Shown: piece after piece, positions 22,074 through 31,844 of the stretch | Layout: each line of letters begins with the position of its first letter | Position numbering within the stretch: the first letter of the stretch is position 1 | Origin: Alphaproteobacteria bacterium | GTDB lineage: Bacteria > Pseudomonadota > Alphaproteobacteria > JAAXGF01 | DNA: 64,000 nt | NCBI GenBank assembly: GCA_963555825.3 | Contig: CAUVXB020000002.1 | Coordinates: 608,001 to 672,000 of the forward strand | Reading direction: 5' to 3' | The notes under the pieces: model-generated | Seen by the model: the letters and a program-made list of their open reading frames with translations, nothing else | Databases searched by the model: none | Told to the model about the DNA's origin: nothing | Position numbers and translations under genes: made by a program

Positions 22074-23240
22074 TACCATCGAGCATTGAAGGAGACTCAT
22101 TTAGGGGATTCCCAAACGGCAAGAAGTCTGAATCAATGAGGCGAACTGATACGGAGGTTCGCTATGGGCAGAGCGGTTGCGTTACGGGAAGATTTTGATG
22201 GTCCGGCGCTTCGGCGGTTAGCCAAGGCGTCGAAGGATGCTGGACAGAGCCGGCGGCTTCTTGCGCTGGCTGAGATTTACGATGGTGGCCGTCGCACGGA
22301 GGCGGCGCGGATCGGTACTGTCGGGCTCCAGGTGGTCCGTGACTGGGTTCTCCGTTTCAACGCCAAGGGGCCGGATGGTCTGATTGACGGCAAGGCGACA
22401 GGCAAGCCGGCCAAGCTCAATGACAGGCAGCGACAAGCGCTCGCTCGGCTTGTTGAGAGCGGACCGATTCCGGCGATCCACGGTGTCGTGCGTTGGCGCC
22501 GAAAGGACCTGGCGCATTGGATATTCGAAGAGTTCCGCATTTCGGTTGATGAGACGACGGTGGGCCGTGAATTGAGGGCGCTGGGGTTTCGCAAGATATC
22601 GGCGCGACCACGCCACAAGGGGCAGAACGAGTTTGCCGTCGAGGATTTTAAAAAAACTTCCCCGCCGGGTTGGGGGAGATCCGAGCCAGGCTCCCGGCCA
22701 ACACCGCGATAGAAATTTGGTGGCAAGATGAGGCCCGGGTCGGCCAGAAAACCATGCTCACCCGGCGCTGGGCGCGACGCGGCAGCCGACCCACGGCGCT
22801 CCGGGACCAACGCACGAAGTCGGCCTATATCTTTGGTGCCATCTGTCCCGCGCGCGGTGTCGGTGCGGGCCTTGTCCTGCCCCGCTGCAACACTCAGGCC
22901 ATGCAATGGCATCTTGATGAAATCTCGGCCCTGGTGACACCAGGCGCTCACGCTGTACTCATCATCGACCGGGCCGGATGGCACACCACCGGCAGGCTCG
23001 AGATCCCATCCAACATCACATTGATGTTCTTGCCACCAAGAGCGCCCGAGCTGAACCCCGTCGAAAACATATGGCAGTTCATGCGCGATAACTGGCTTTC
23101 CAACAGGATATTCAAGACCTACGACGATATCGTCGCGCTGTGTTGCGAAGCCTGGAACAGGCTCATCGATCAACCCTGGAAGATCATGTCGATCGGACGC
23201 CGAAAATGGGCCCATGGGTTCTGATTAATGCCCGTTGGTA
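22074..23240 (+). mobile_element. IS630-family element
   Basis: IRs TACCATCGAGCATT / TACCAACGGGCATT, flanked by (T)TA. Confidence 0.88.
22164..23224 (+). CDS. IS630 transposase (OrfA 22164-22712 and OrfB to 23224, joined by a probable -1 frameshift)
   Basis: HTH; slippery TTTTAAAAAAAAC near 22646-22658; WQDEARVG, IIDRAGWH, PELNPVE. Confidence 0.9.
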
Positions 23241-23563
23241 TTAGCGCGCCGCCTTCACCGTTGGAATTTGGTGTGGGCCACTTGCTCCAGGTAGGCAACT
23301 GACCCACGAAGATGGGGACCGGGACCCGATAAGCGCCGGGAGCGCCGGAGAAGCCGTCGGCAGGGGCGGATCAAGGGCGAGGTGGAGATGTCGGCGAACC
23401 CGATCGGTGCCCACTAGGTCGACCGTAATATGGCCGACTGCGGGGCGAACCGACAGGCGGTGATCCCCGGACGGTAAATTGGGCGTGCCAGGGACATGGA
23501 AGATCGACCTGTAATTCCTGACCTTGGCACGCCCCCCGGATCTTCGAAGAAATTCTTCCCGCA

Positions 23564-23617
23564 TAAGAGTGAATTTTTTGAGCCTAACAGGGAATTCTTG
23601 GCCCGGAACCGGGAATT
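23564..23617 (+). repeat. Three AACAGGGAATT-like repeats with 21-bp period
   Basis: TAAGAGTGAATT (23564), TAACAGGGAATT (23585), GAACCGGGAATT (23606). Confidence 0.55.
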
Positions 23618-23836
23618 TGCGATCTCTGCTTGCAGGTACGCGGTTGGTCCCGTGCCATCACTCACTCGCTGGGCAGAATTTACGGCGCTTTTGACATTGG
23701 AGAGCAAGTTCCGCACCCGGGGGAATGTTCGGTAATAACACTTCCATGGGTGGGTCCTACGCGCACCGTCGCATGCCCGTCACCCGGACTTTCCCGGGCG
23801 CCAATGAAGACGCTGGGCCGTGAAAACGGAGACCCT

Positions 23837-23878
23837 GTTTACAAGATTACCCTGTTCTTGGTTTACAAGATCACCCTG
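23837..23878 (+). repeat. 18-bp direct repeat upstream of the SNF2 operon (candidate operator)
   Basis: GTTTACAAGATTACCCTG (23837) and GTTTACAAGATCACCCTG (23861). Confidence 0.7.
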
Positions 23879-24029
23879 CGCTTGGCCTCGCTGCTGCCAA
23901 CTCATCGGCGTCTAGCTACAAGCCAATCGTTTTATGCGCGTAACAAATTGCGATAGCATGACTTGGGCCCGGCCGGGAGCCCCCTGGTGGCACCCGGTTC
24001 GGCTGAGGGCAAGGGGGGCAAGCACTGAC

Positions 24030-27000
24030 GTGACGCTGTTTCTGCACGGGGCATTCGCTGGAGAGCGTTTCTTGGTGTGGGGAGAGGTACCCCCGAAGCA
24101 AGCGGCACCCGTCAGGAAGCCCCGTGGCCGGCGGCCGAAGGTGCCGCCGCCACCACCCTCTCCGTTCGACCCCGGACCCGAAGTCTTGGCCGCGGCCCTT
24201 TCCGCCGGGTGGCCGGAGATCGATAGTCCGCCTGCCGACAAGGTGGTCGTCTGGTTGCCCTCGAAAGGTGCCAGGCCGGTGGCGTCCCGTCCCCTGATCG
24301 AGGACCCGCCGGAAGCGACGGGCGGGATCACGATCGCGCCGTGGACGGTCTCCGCCCTGGTCGTGCCCATTGTGGACGCGGTTTATTTGCTGAGCCGCTG
24401 CGCCGGCCGGAGCCGCCTTGCGCCGGGCGTTTTCGTGGCCGACGATCTGGCGTTCTGGGCTGAGGCTCTGCGGTTCGCGGGCGCCCTGGTGGCGCGCGGG
24501 AGCTTCCTTCCCGACCTGATCGAAGAAGACAACGTGTTCCTAGCGCGCTGGCGCCCGGTCGTGCTGGGAAAGGAACGCGGTGTTCAAGCCCGGTTAGCGG
24601 ACGCCATGCCCGACTCCTGCCGGGCGGCCAGCCCAGGCTCGACTCCGCCAGACACCGGCCGGGCCTCGGTGTTGGGTGGATTCCTTGACGCCGCCTTGGA
24701 CAGCCTCGTGCGCACGGCCGCGGCACCGAAGGCAGCGCCCATGACGGCGGCACGACCGGGGCGGGGATCCCAGAGTCGGCCCGGGGCAGCCGCGCTTGAC
24801 ACCGTGGACGACCGCTGGTTGGCGGCCTTGCGCGGCCCCGAACCCCGGGTCGATGGAAATCAGGAAGAGCTTGTCGCGCTCCGTCAGAGGTGTCGGGAGT
24901 GGCGCCGGCCGGTGGCGGTGGTTCACGAGGGGCCATTCCGCCTGTGTTTTCGCCTCGAGGAGCCGGCCCCGGAGGAGGACGAGGTTGAACGGCCGTGGAG
25001 CCCCGGTGAAGCGGCGTGGACTCTCCGCTACCTGATCCAGTCCAACAGCGACCCGAGCCTCATCGTGCCGGCCGCCGAGGCATGGCGCGCCCGAGGCCGG
25101 GCGGCGGCGGCGTTCAAGGCGGATGGTTTCGACGTCCGGGACTTCTTGCTGTCGTCCTTGGGCCGAGCGGTGCGGCTCTGCCCCGTTCTGGAGGATAGTC
25201 TGCGCGGCCGCCTGCCCGACCTTCACGTCACCGACGCCGCCGGTGCCGTGTCCTTCCTCACCGATCATGCTCTTGTCCTCGAGCAAGCTGGTTTCGGTGT
25301 GATGCTGCCGGCGTGGTGGACGGCCAAGAGCACCAAGCTGCGCCTCTCCGCCCGCGCCCAGGTCACGTCGCCGAAGATGCAGGGCGGCAATGGTCTCTCG
25401 CTCGACGAGATCGTTCGCTTCGACTGGCAAGTGGCGCTGGGAGACCAGAGCCTGTCGCGCGAGGACCTGATGGCGCTGGCCAAGCTGAAGGTGCCTTTGG
25501 TCCGCGTCCGCGGCCAATGGGTCTTGCTCGACGCCGAGGAAATCAAGGACGCGATAGCCCGTCTCAAGCGCAAGGACAAGGGGCTCACGGGCCGTGATGC
25601 GCTGCGCATCGCCCTGGGTGGACAGGCGGGTGGGTCGGCCGGCGGTGACGGCGTGGTATCCGGCGGCATCGAGGCGCGGGGCTGGATCGCCGATGTCCTG
25701 GCCCGTCTCGAGAACCGGGACACCATCGAGCCCCTGCCGGTGCCCAGTGCCTTCGAGGGTGAGCTCAGGCCGTACCAGGAGCGGGGATATGCATGGCTCC
25801 GATTTTTGCGCCGCTGGGGCCTTGGCGCCTGCCTTGCCGACGACATGGGGCTCGGCAAGACGGTGCAAACCCTGGCGCTGATCCTCTACGACCGAGAGAA
25901 GCCGGAGGATAGAGCGCCAGTCCTGCTGGTCTGCCCGACCTCGGTGATCGGCAACTGGCAGCGGGAGGCGGCCCGCTTCACGCCCGATCTGGCGGTCATG
26001 GTTCACCATGGCGGCGCCCGCGGCCGTGGTAAGGCCCTGCGCAAGACGGCATTCAAGCACGACGTGGTGATCACCAGCTACGCCTTGCTCCAGCGGGACG
26101 TCACGGCGCTGGACGCGGTGCCCTGGAAAGGCGTCGTCCTCGACGAGGCGCAAAACATCAAGAACCCGGAGACCAAGCAGGCCCGTGCCGCGCGCGCGCT
26201 GACGGCTGGCTATCGGATCGCGCTCACCGGCACACCGGTTGAGAACAACGTGGGCGACCTCTGGTCGGTCATGGAGTTCCTCAACCCGGGTCTCCTCGGC
26301 ACCCAGGCGGACTTCAAGCGCCGATTTTTTGTGCCCATCCAGGCGAACAGTGATGTTCAGGCCATCGAGCGGCTCAAAGCGCTGACCGGCCCGTTCATTC
26401 TGCGCCGGTTGAAGAGCGACAAGACCATCATCGCCGATCTTCCGGAGAAGATGGAGATGAAGGTCTATTGCAACCTGACCCGGGAGCAGGGCTCGCTCTA
26501 TGCGGCCGTGGTGGATGAGGCCATGGAGACCCTGACCGCGGCCGATGGCATCCGGCGCAGGGGCGTGGTGCTGGCAACGCTGTCCAAGCTCAAGCAGGTG
26601 TGCAACCACCCGGCCCAGTTCCTGGGCGACAATTCGACCGTGCCCGGGCGCTCGGGCAAGCTGGCACGGCTCGTGGAGATGCTCGAGGAAGTCCTGGAGG
26701 CGGGCGAGCGGGCCCTGGTGTTCACCCAGTTCTCGGAGATGGGCGAGATCATCAAAACCCACCTGCAGGAGACCTTCGGCGAGGAGGTTCTGTTCCTGCA
26801 CGGCGGCGTGCCCAGGGCGAAGCGGGACCGGATGGTGAAGAGATTCCAGGAGGCCGGGGCGTCGATCTTCCTGCTCTCCCTCAAGGCCGGCGGCACCGGT
26901 CTCAATCTGACCGCCGCCAATCATGTGTTCCACTTCGACCGCTGGTGGAACCCGGCGGTGGAGGATCAGGCCACGGACCGGGCCTTCCGCATCGGGCAGA

Positions 27001-27188
27001 CTCGAGGGGTGCAGGTGCACAAGTTCCTCTGCCTCGGCACGCTCGAGGAAAAGATCGACGAGATGATCGAGCGCAAGAAGGAGGTGGCCTCGGCCATCGT
27101 GGGCGCGGGCGAGGCTTGGCTCACCGAGCTGACCACCGAGCAGTTGACCGATATATTGAGCCTGCGCGAGGATGCGGTCGGAGAGTAG
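24030..27188 (+). CDS. SNF2/SWI2-family helicase (DUF3670-type; YwqA/HelZ-like)
   Basis: LADDMGLGKT, LDEAQNIKN, ALTGTPVENN, LSLKAGGTGLNL, QATDRAFRIGQ. GTG start at 24030 follows a G-rich RBS (the ORF extends back to 23934). Confidence 0.93.
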   Translation: MTLFLHGAFAGERFLVWGEVPPKQAAPVRKPRGRRPKVPPPPPSPFDPGPEVLAAALSAGWPEIDSPPADKVVVWLPSKGARPVASRPLIEDPPEATGGITIAPWTVSALVVPIVDAVYLLSRCAGRSRLAPGVFVADDLAFWAEALRFAGALVARGSFLPDLIEEDNVFLARWRPVVLGKERGVQARLADAMPDSCRAASPGSTPPDTGRASVLGGFLDAALDSLVRTAAAPKAAPMTAARPGRGSQSRPGAAALDTVDDRWLAALRGPEPRVDGNQEELVALRQRCREWRRPVAVVHEGPFRLCFRLEEPAPEEDEVERPWSPGEAAWTLRYLIQSNSDPSLIVPAAEAWRARGRAAAAFKADGFDVRDFLLSSLGRAVRLCPVLEDSLRGRLPDLHVTDAAGAVSFLTDHALVLEQAGFGVMLPAWWTAKSTKLRLSARAQVTSPKMQGGNGLSLDEIVRFDWQVALGDQSLSREDLMALAKLKVPLVRVRGQWVLLDAEEIKDAIARLKRKDKGLTGRDALRIALGGQAGGSAGGDGVVSGGIEARGWIADVLARLENRDTIEPLPVPSAFEGELRPYQERGYAWLRFLRRWGLGACLADDMGLGKTVQTLALILYDREKPEDRAPVLLVCPTSVIGNWQREAARFTPDLAVMVHHGGARGRGKALRKTAFKHDVVITSYALLQRDVTALDAVPWKGVVLDEAQNIKNPETKQARAARALTAGYRIALTGTPVENNVGDLWSVMEFLNPGLLGTQADFKRRFFVPIQANSDVQAIERLKALTGPFILRRLKSDKTIIADLPEKMEMKVYCNLTREQGSLYAAVVDEAMETLTAADGIRRRGVVLATLSKLKQVCNHPAQFLGDNSTVPGRSGKLARLVEMLEEVLEAGERALVFTQFSEMGEIIKTHLQETFGEEVLFLHGGVPRAKRDRMVKRFQEAGASIFLLSLKAGGTGLNLTAANHVFHFDRWWNPAVEDQATDRAFRIGQTRGVQVHKFLCLGTLEEKIDEMIERKKEVASAIVGAGEAWLTELTTEQLTDILSLREDAVGE

Positions 27189-27200
27189 TCGGAGAGTAGC

Positions 27201-27881
27201 ATGAGCGACGCTTGGGAGAACCTCGATCCAGACGACCTCGAGGCGGAGATGGAACGCCAAGAAGCTTCCGAGCTGTCCCCCGCCGGCATCGCCGAGCAAA
27301 ACCGGTACTTGCTCCAGCGCCAGCAAGAGTTCCGCCTGGCGGCGGATGCCGTGACCGCGGCCTGGAGTGAACGCGGCGAAGTGGAGGCCGTGGCGCTGTT
27401 CGGCTCGGTGGCGGTAGCGCTGTGGAAGGAGGTGCCGCGGTTCCGCACCTACCGGCGGGCGGGAATCGCCCTTAGGCACGAGTGCAAGGACCTGGACCTG
27501 GCCCTGTGGCTATCGAGCACCAGCGAGCTCGGCGGCCTGCGGAAGGCGAAGACCCGGGCCTTGGCCGAGATGTACAAGGAGACCGGGATCGGCGTGGCGT
27601 CCCATCAGGTGGATGTCTTCGTGCTGGCACCGGGCACGGACAGCTATCTCGGTCGGTTGTGCGACTTCGCCCGCTGTCCCAAGCACAAACCGGAATGCCT
27701 GGTTCCCGGCTGTGGTGCCGTAGCGTTCTTGCAGCAGCACGACGGCTTCGTGTTTGACCCGGAGGCGTTGGCGCCGGATCGGGTCATCCGCCTGTTCGAC
27801 CGGCAAAGCGGCTTGCTCCGGAAGGCCGCGGAGGTCCCCCTGCCCGAACGGGAGGAGGACGAAGATGGCGCGATGGCATGA
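27201..27881 (+). CDS. Nucleotidyltransferase-like (Pol-beta fold) hypothetical protein with a Cys cluster
   Basis: VALFGSV ... KDLDLALW ... QVDVFV (GS, DxD and a third Asp); C-x4-C-x6-C-x4-C; RBS GGAGAG. Confidence 0.6.
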   Translation: MSDAWENLDPDDLEAEMERQEASELSPAGIAEQNRYLLQRQQEFRLAADAVTAAWSERGEVEAVALFGSVAVALWKEVPRFRTYRRAGIALRHECKDLDLALWLSSTSELGGLRKAKTRALAEMYKETGIGVASHQVDVFVLAPGTDSYLGRLCDFARCPKHKPECLVPGCGAVAFLQQHDGFVFDPEALAPDRVIRLFDRQSGLLRKAAEVPLPEREEDEDGAMA

Positions 27882-28752
27882 GTTCGGCTATTACCCGCCG
27901 TCCCGTCCCCGCGAGGCCAAGGGTGGCATCAAGGCGCAGAGCAAGCGGGGCGCCTTCGCCTCGAGTTGGTGGAGCCAGCGCTGGATCGCCACACTGGAGT
28001 CCTTCCCCATCGGCGCCCGCCTGGGACGCGGGCGCAGCTATGCCCGCAAGGGTCAGGTGATCTCCCTGGAGATCGACAAGGGGCGGGTGACCGCGGAGGT
28101 GCAGGGTTCGCGGACGCGCCCCTACGCGGTCTCGATCACGATGAAGCCGATCGCAACGTCCAAGTGGAGAAAGATTGCCAAACAAGCCTCCGAGAACCTG
28201 CTTGTGGCGGCCAAGCTCATGGCCGGGGAGATGCCGCCGGAGATCGAGGAGGTGTTCGCCGATGTGCGCGCACCCTTGTTCCCGACGAACCAGAGGGACC
28301 TGACGACCAGGTGTAGTTGCCCCGATTGGTCGAATCCTTGCAAGCACGTCGCCGCGGTCTACTACTTGCTGGCCGAGGCGTTCGACCGCGACCCCTTTCT
28401 GCTGTTCCGCCTGCGGGGCATGGAGCGGGACGGTCTCGTCGCGCTGCTCGGGCTGGGCGGCACCACGGGCGACGAGGAGACACTGGTCGCCGAGGCCCAA
28501 GCCGCGCCCGCGGAACCTCTCACAACCGATCCTGAAGCCTTCTGGTCGGGTCCGAAAGGCTATGACGAGCTCCTGAAGGAGGTAGCGGTCCCTGAGCACC
28601 CCGCGCCGATGGCGAGCCATCTTGGCGGCTTTCCCTTCTGGCGGGGCGAGAAGAACTTCGCGTCCTCGGTATCCCAAATCAACGAACGGGCGATGCGAAA
28701 CGGGCTACGGACGTTCACGGGCGATTGGGAGATTCCGGCCGATTCCGAATGA
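27865..28752 (+). CDS. SWIM zinc-finger protein (YwqB-like)
   Basis: RLGRGRSYARKG.V, A.VQGSR..PY.V, CSCPDWSNPCKHVAA, FDRDPFLLF.LRG; RBS GGAGGAGG. Confidence 0.92.
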   Translation: MARWHEFGYYPPSRPREAKGGIKAQSKRGAFASSWWSQRWIATLESFPIGARLGRGRSYARKGQVISLEIDKGRVTAEVQGSRTRPYAVSITMKPIATSKWRKIAKQASENLLVAAKLMAGEMPPEIEEVFADVRAPLFPTNQRDLTTRCSCPDWSNPCKHVAAVYYLLAEAFDRDPFLLFRLRGMERDGLVALLGLGGTTGDEETLVAEAQAAPAEPLTTDPEAFWSGPKGYDELLKEVAVPEHPAPMASHLGGFPFWRGEKNFASSVSQINERAMRNGLRTFTGDWEIPADSE

Positions 28753-28976
28753 CGCCTCGGGCCTGGCCACAATTCTCCCCTGTTCATCGGTGCTGACAAC
28801 CGACTTGAGCCTTATGGAAATCACACCGGGAGTCTTCAGCGCCGTGCGATGTGATGCGACTATGGGCGTCAGCTGAACGCGTACGGTTTGCTGGTAGCGA
28901 GGTAACAGAGGCGAACTTCCTAATAAGGTTTTTGCGGCGGATAAGGTTTTCAGGAACCACAGGAACCTGCTTATCC

Positions 28977-29017
28977 GTGACACTCCGCCTGTGGGGATGT
29001 ATGTTCTCAATATGTTC
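28977..29017 (+). promoter_or_regulatory. Transposase promoter overlapped by an alphaproteobacterial LexA (SOS) box
   Basis: GTGACA-N17-TATGTT; GTTC-TCAATAT-GTTC at 29003-29017. Confidence 0.7.
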
Positions 29018-29037
29018 TGCATGAGGGGGTTACGGTT

Positions 29038-29973
29038 ATGGGGTTCAAGGTTGCATCGCGCGTGCGCGGTCTGAGCGACGAGGCGTTTCGGGAGGCCTTC
29101 GGCACCAAGGAGCAGTGCCGCGCGGCGCTGGTCCGGCTGCGCTGGCCGGGCGGCTTCGTCTGCCCCTGCTGCGGCCATCGGGAGCATTGCGTGCTGGCGG
29201 GTCGGGGTCTCTATCAATGCAACCGGTGCAAGAAGCAGACATCGCCCACGGCGGGCACGATCTTCCACGCGACCAAGCTGCCGCTGACACTCTGGTTCGC
29301 CGCCATCCACCTGGTCGTGACGGCGAAGAACGGCATCTCGTTGGTGGAACTCGGCCGCCGTCTCGGGGTCAAGCAGCCGACGCCCTGGGCCGTGAAGCAC
29401 AAGATCATGGCGGTGATGGCGCGGCGCGAGGGGGAGACGGCGCTTACGGGGCGGGTGGAGATGGACGACGCCTATCTCGGCGGGGCGCGCTCCGGCGGCA
29501 AGCGGGGCCGCGGCGCGGCGGGCAAGACACCCTTCGTGGCGGCGGTCTCGACCAGTCCCGAGGGGCGCCCGCGCAAGCTGAAGCTGGCGCCGGTCAAGGG
29601 CTTCCGCAAGCGCGAGATCGCGCGCGGCGCCAAACACTGGCTGGCCCCCGGAGCGGCGGTTGTGACGGACGGCCTGGGCTGCTGGAGCGCACTCGACGAA
29701 GCCGCCTGCAGCCATCGGGCAATCCGCACCGGGTCGGGCCGACAGGCGGCCCGCAGGGCGCCGTTAAAATGGGTGAACACGACGCTCGGCAACATCAAGA
29801 GCGCGATCACCGGGACTTATCGCAAGCTCGGCCCCGACCATGCCGGACGCTATCTCGCCAGCTTCGCCTGGCGCTACAACCGGCGCTATCAACTCCAGAC
29901 AATGATCCCGCGTTTCGTCCATAGCGCCGCACAAACCCAGCCCATGCCCTATCGCCTCCTCATCGCAGGATGA
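29038..29973 (+). CDS. IS1595-family transposase
   Basis: Zn ribbon RWP.GFVCPCCG..YQC.RC; VEMDDAYLGG; VTDGL; RYL..F.WRYNRR. Confidence 0.92.
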   Translation: MGFKVASRVRGLSDEAFREAFGTKEQCRAALVRLRWPGGFVCPCCGHREHCVLAGRGLYQCNRCKKQTSPTAGTIFHATKLPLTLWFAAIHLVVTAKNGISLVELGRRLGVKQPTPWAVKHKIMAVMARREGETALTGRVEMDDAYLGGARSGGKRGRGAAGKTPFVAAVSTSPEGRPRKLKLAPVKGFRKREIARGAKHWLAPGAAVVTDGLGCWSALDEAACSHRAIRTGSGRQAARRAPLKWVNTTLGNIKSAITGTYRKLGPDHAGRYLASFAWRYNRRYQLQTMIPRFVHSAAQTQPMPYRLLIAG

Positions 29974-29995
29974 CTTTCAGGGATAAGCAGGAAGT

Positions 29996-30140
29996 TCATT
30001 GCCCTGTCTGGTTTGTCGCGATGTGGATGCCAATGCTGTCGCCCACGCGCGAACCCGACGCTTTCACGGATTCGTTGGCGAGGTGCGCATACCGCGCGGT
30101 GGTCTGGACCTGTGTGTGACCGAGCAGCTTGCCGATCACC
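29996..30140 (-). pseudogene. C-terminal fragment of a tyrosine integrase
   Basis: VIGKLLGHTQVQTTARYAHLANESVKAS; homologous to the integrases at 46330-48665. Confidence 0.8.
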
Positions 30141-31112
30141 AGCCGTTCTACTGCCAGACTGAAGCCTACCGGCGCGAGGGGATCGATCTCGACCGCACCA
30201 TGCTGGGCAACTGGGCCGGGCGCGGGGTGCAGTTCCTGGCTCCCGGTCATCGACCGGATGATCGACCACCTCAAGGCGTCCGACTGCCTGTTCATGGACG
30301 AGGCCACGGTACCGGTGCTGGCGCCGGGGACCGGGCAGACCCGTCTCGACTATCTGTGGGCGATCGCCCGCGATCAGCGCGGCCATGGCGGTCCCGACCC
30401 GCCGATCGTGGAGTTCCACCACTCGCGCAATCGCAGCGCCAAGGTCGCCCTGGAATTGATGCGCGACTATGCCGGCGGCGACCCGCTGCATGTCGATGGC
30501 TACACAGTGTACGACGCGCTCGGCGATCCGGGACGGGTCTCCAACCCATGGGATCTCGCATACTGTTGGGTCCACTGGCGGAGACGGTTTGTGGAGTTCC
30601 AGCGCGGCACGGCGTCGCCCGTGTGCGAGGAGATACTCGGACGCATCGCGGCGCTGTCCCGGATAGAGGCCATGGTGCGCGGCCATCCACCGGAGCACCG
30701 GCTTAAGGTCCGACAGGAACTCTCGACGCCGATCGTCGAGGCCCTGCGGCCCTGGGTCGAAGCCCAGCTTGGGCGCCTGTCGAGCGCATCCGAGCTCGCC
30801 AGGCATATCCGATACGCCCTCAAGCGCTACTAGAACGGCCTGAGCCGGCTCCTCCATGACCGGCGTATCGAGATGGACACCATTCCTGTCGGGAACCTCA
30901 TCCGCCTGGTGAAGCTCACAAAGAAAAACGCACTCTTCGCCGACAGTGACGACAGCGCCAAAACCTGGGCGCGATGCGCCAGCCTGACCGACACCCTGAG
31001 CCGGATCGTCGACATGCACTCCATGTCATTCCTCAACGATCTAATGCCCTGGAACTTCACCCCGGCAATCCCGACCGTCACTCGTCAAGAAGGTTAACGG
31101 CGCGGCGCTTAC
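30129..31112 (+). mobile_element. IS66 tnpC 3' remnant with right end
   Basis: ADHQPFY.Q, FMDEATVPVL, LHVDGYTVY, AYCWVH.RRRF; frameshifts and an internal stop; ends in CGCTTAC. Confidence 0.8.
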
Positions 31113-31223
31113 GTTTGAACCGGTAGCTGTCGTTTCCGGTCTCGACGATGTGGCAGTGGTGGGTTAGGCGATCGAGGAGAGCGGTTGTCATTTTCTCGTC
31201 GCTAAAGACCGTCGGCCATTCGG
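31113..31223 (-). pseudogene. istB: IS21 istB C-terminal fragment (from a different IS21)
   Basis: [36 protein letters not shown]. Confidence 0.75.
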
Positions 31224-31369
31224 CCTGGCTTTACGCCGTTGGCGCCATGTCGACGAGTTCATCCATGTGTTGACTGGGGGTTGACACAATTATTAAACCA
31301 CAGACGTGGAAATTCGTATATCTATAACTAATTGATATTACGCATATGTTTTATACAAGATTCAGATTC

Positions 31370-31726
31370 TTAAATATGTCGATCAAATTGTTGGATGCCA
31401 GAACCGGGAAAGGCGAGGAGGCCCTTCGGCAGGAAGTTCAGCAGGACGTCGTTACGCCGGAAGGGCGCGGCCTTTCCGTCTCGATCCCAGTTCGGCTTGC
31501 AGACGACCTGGTGAACGCCGTTCTTCTCCGCCCAGCTTGCCGCGATCTTCTCCGCGCCGGGTCCGCCGCCGTGCAGCAGGACCATATCGTCGTACTTGAT
31601 CTTGATGCTGTCCAGCGAGCGCCAGATCGCGGTGACGTCGTCGAAGTCCTTGCCGCCGGTGAAGCCGACCAGGGTGCCTTCGGGCAGATGCGCGGTGGTT
31701 TCGCGGTCTTTGCGGGCGCGCAGGTA
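31370..31726 (-). pseudogene. DUF2493/SLOG-family plasmid protein fragment, truncated by IS21
   Basis: GTLVGFTGG.DF.D, MVLLHGG.PGAEKIAASWA, KAAPFRRND, AFPGSGI. Confidence 0.75.
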
Positions 31727-31844
31727 TGAGAACGGCAGAGCAATAATCCCCCACTGAAGCGGCCGGTCGATCCGGCTGCGGCGGACCAAAATGGGACCGC
31801 GTATAGCCTTCTGTCAGGGTTGCTCTGACTGGAAGGCGGGGGGG

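Larger units (their letters stand above)
28966..29991 (+). mobile_element. IS1595-family element
   Basis: IRs CCTGCTTATCCGTGA / CCTGCTTATCCCTGA; no matching target duplication. Confidence 0.88.

Noticed and set aside
24594-27479. 961-aa minus-strand ORF
   Set aside because: Antisense shadow of the SNF2 gene; no recognisable motifs.
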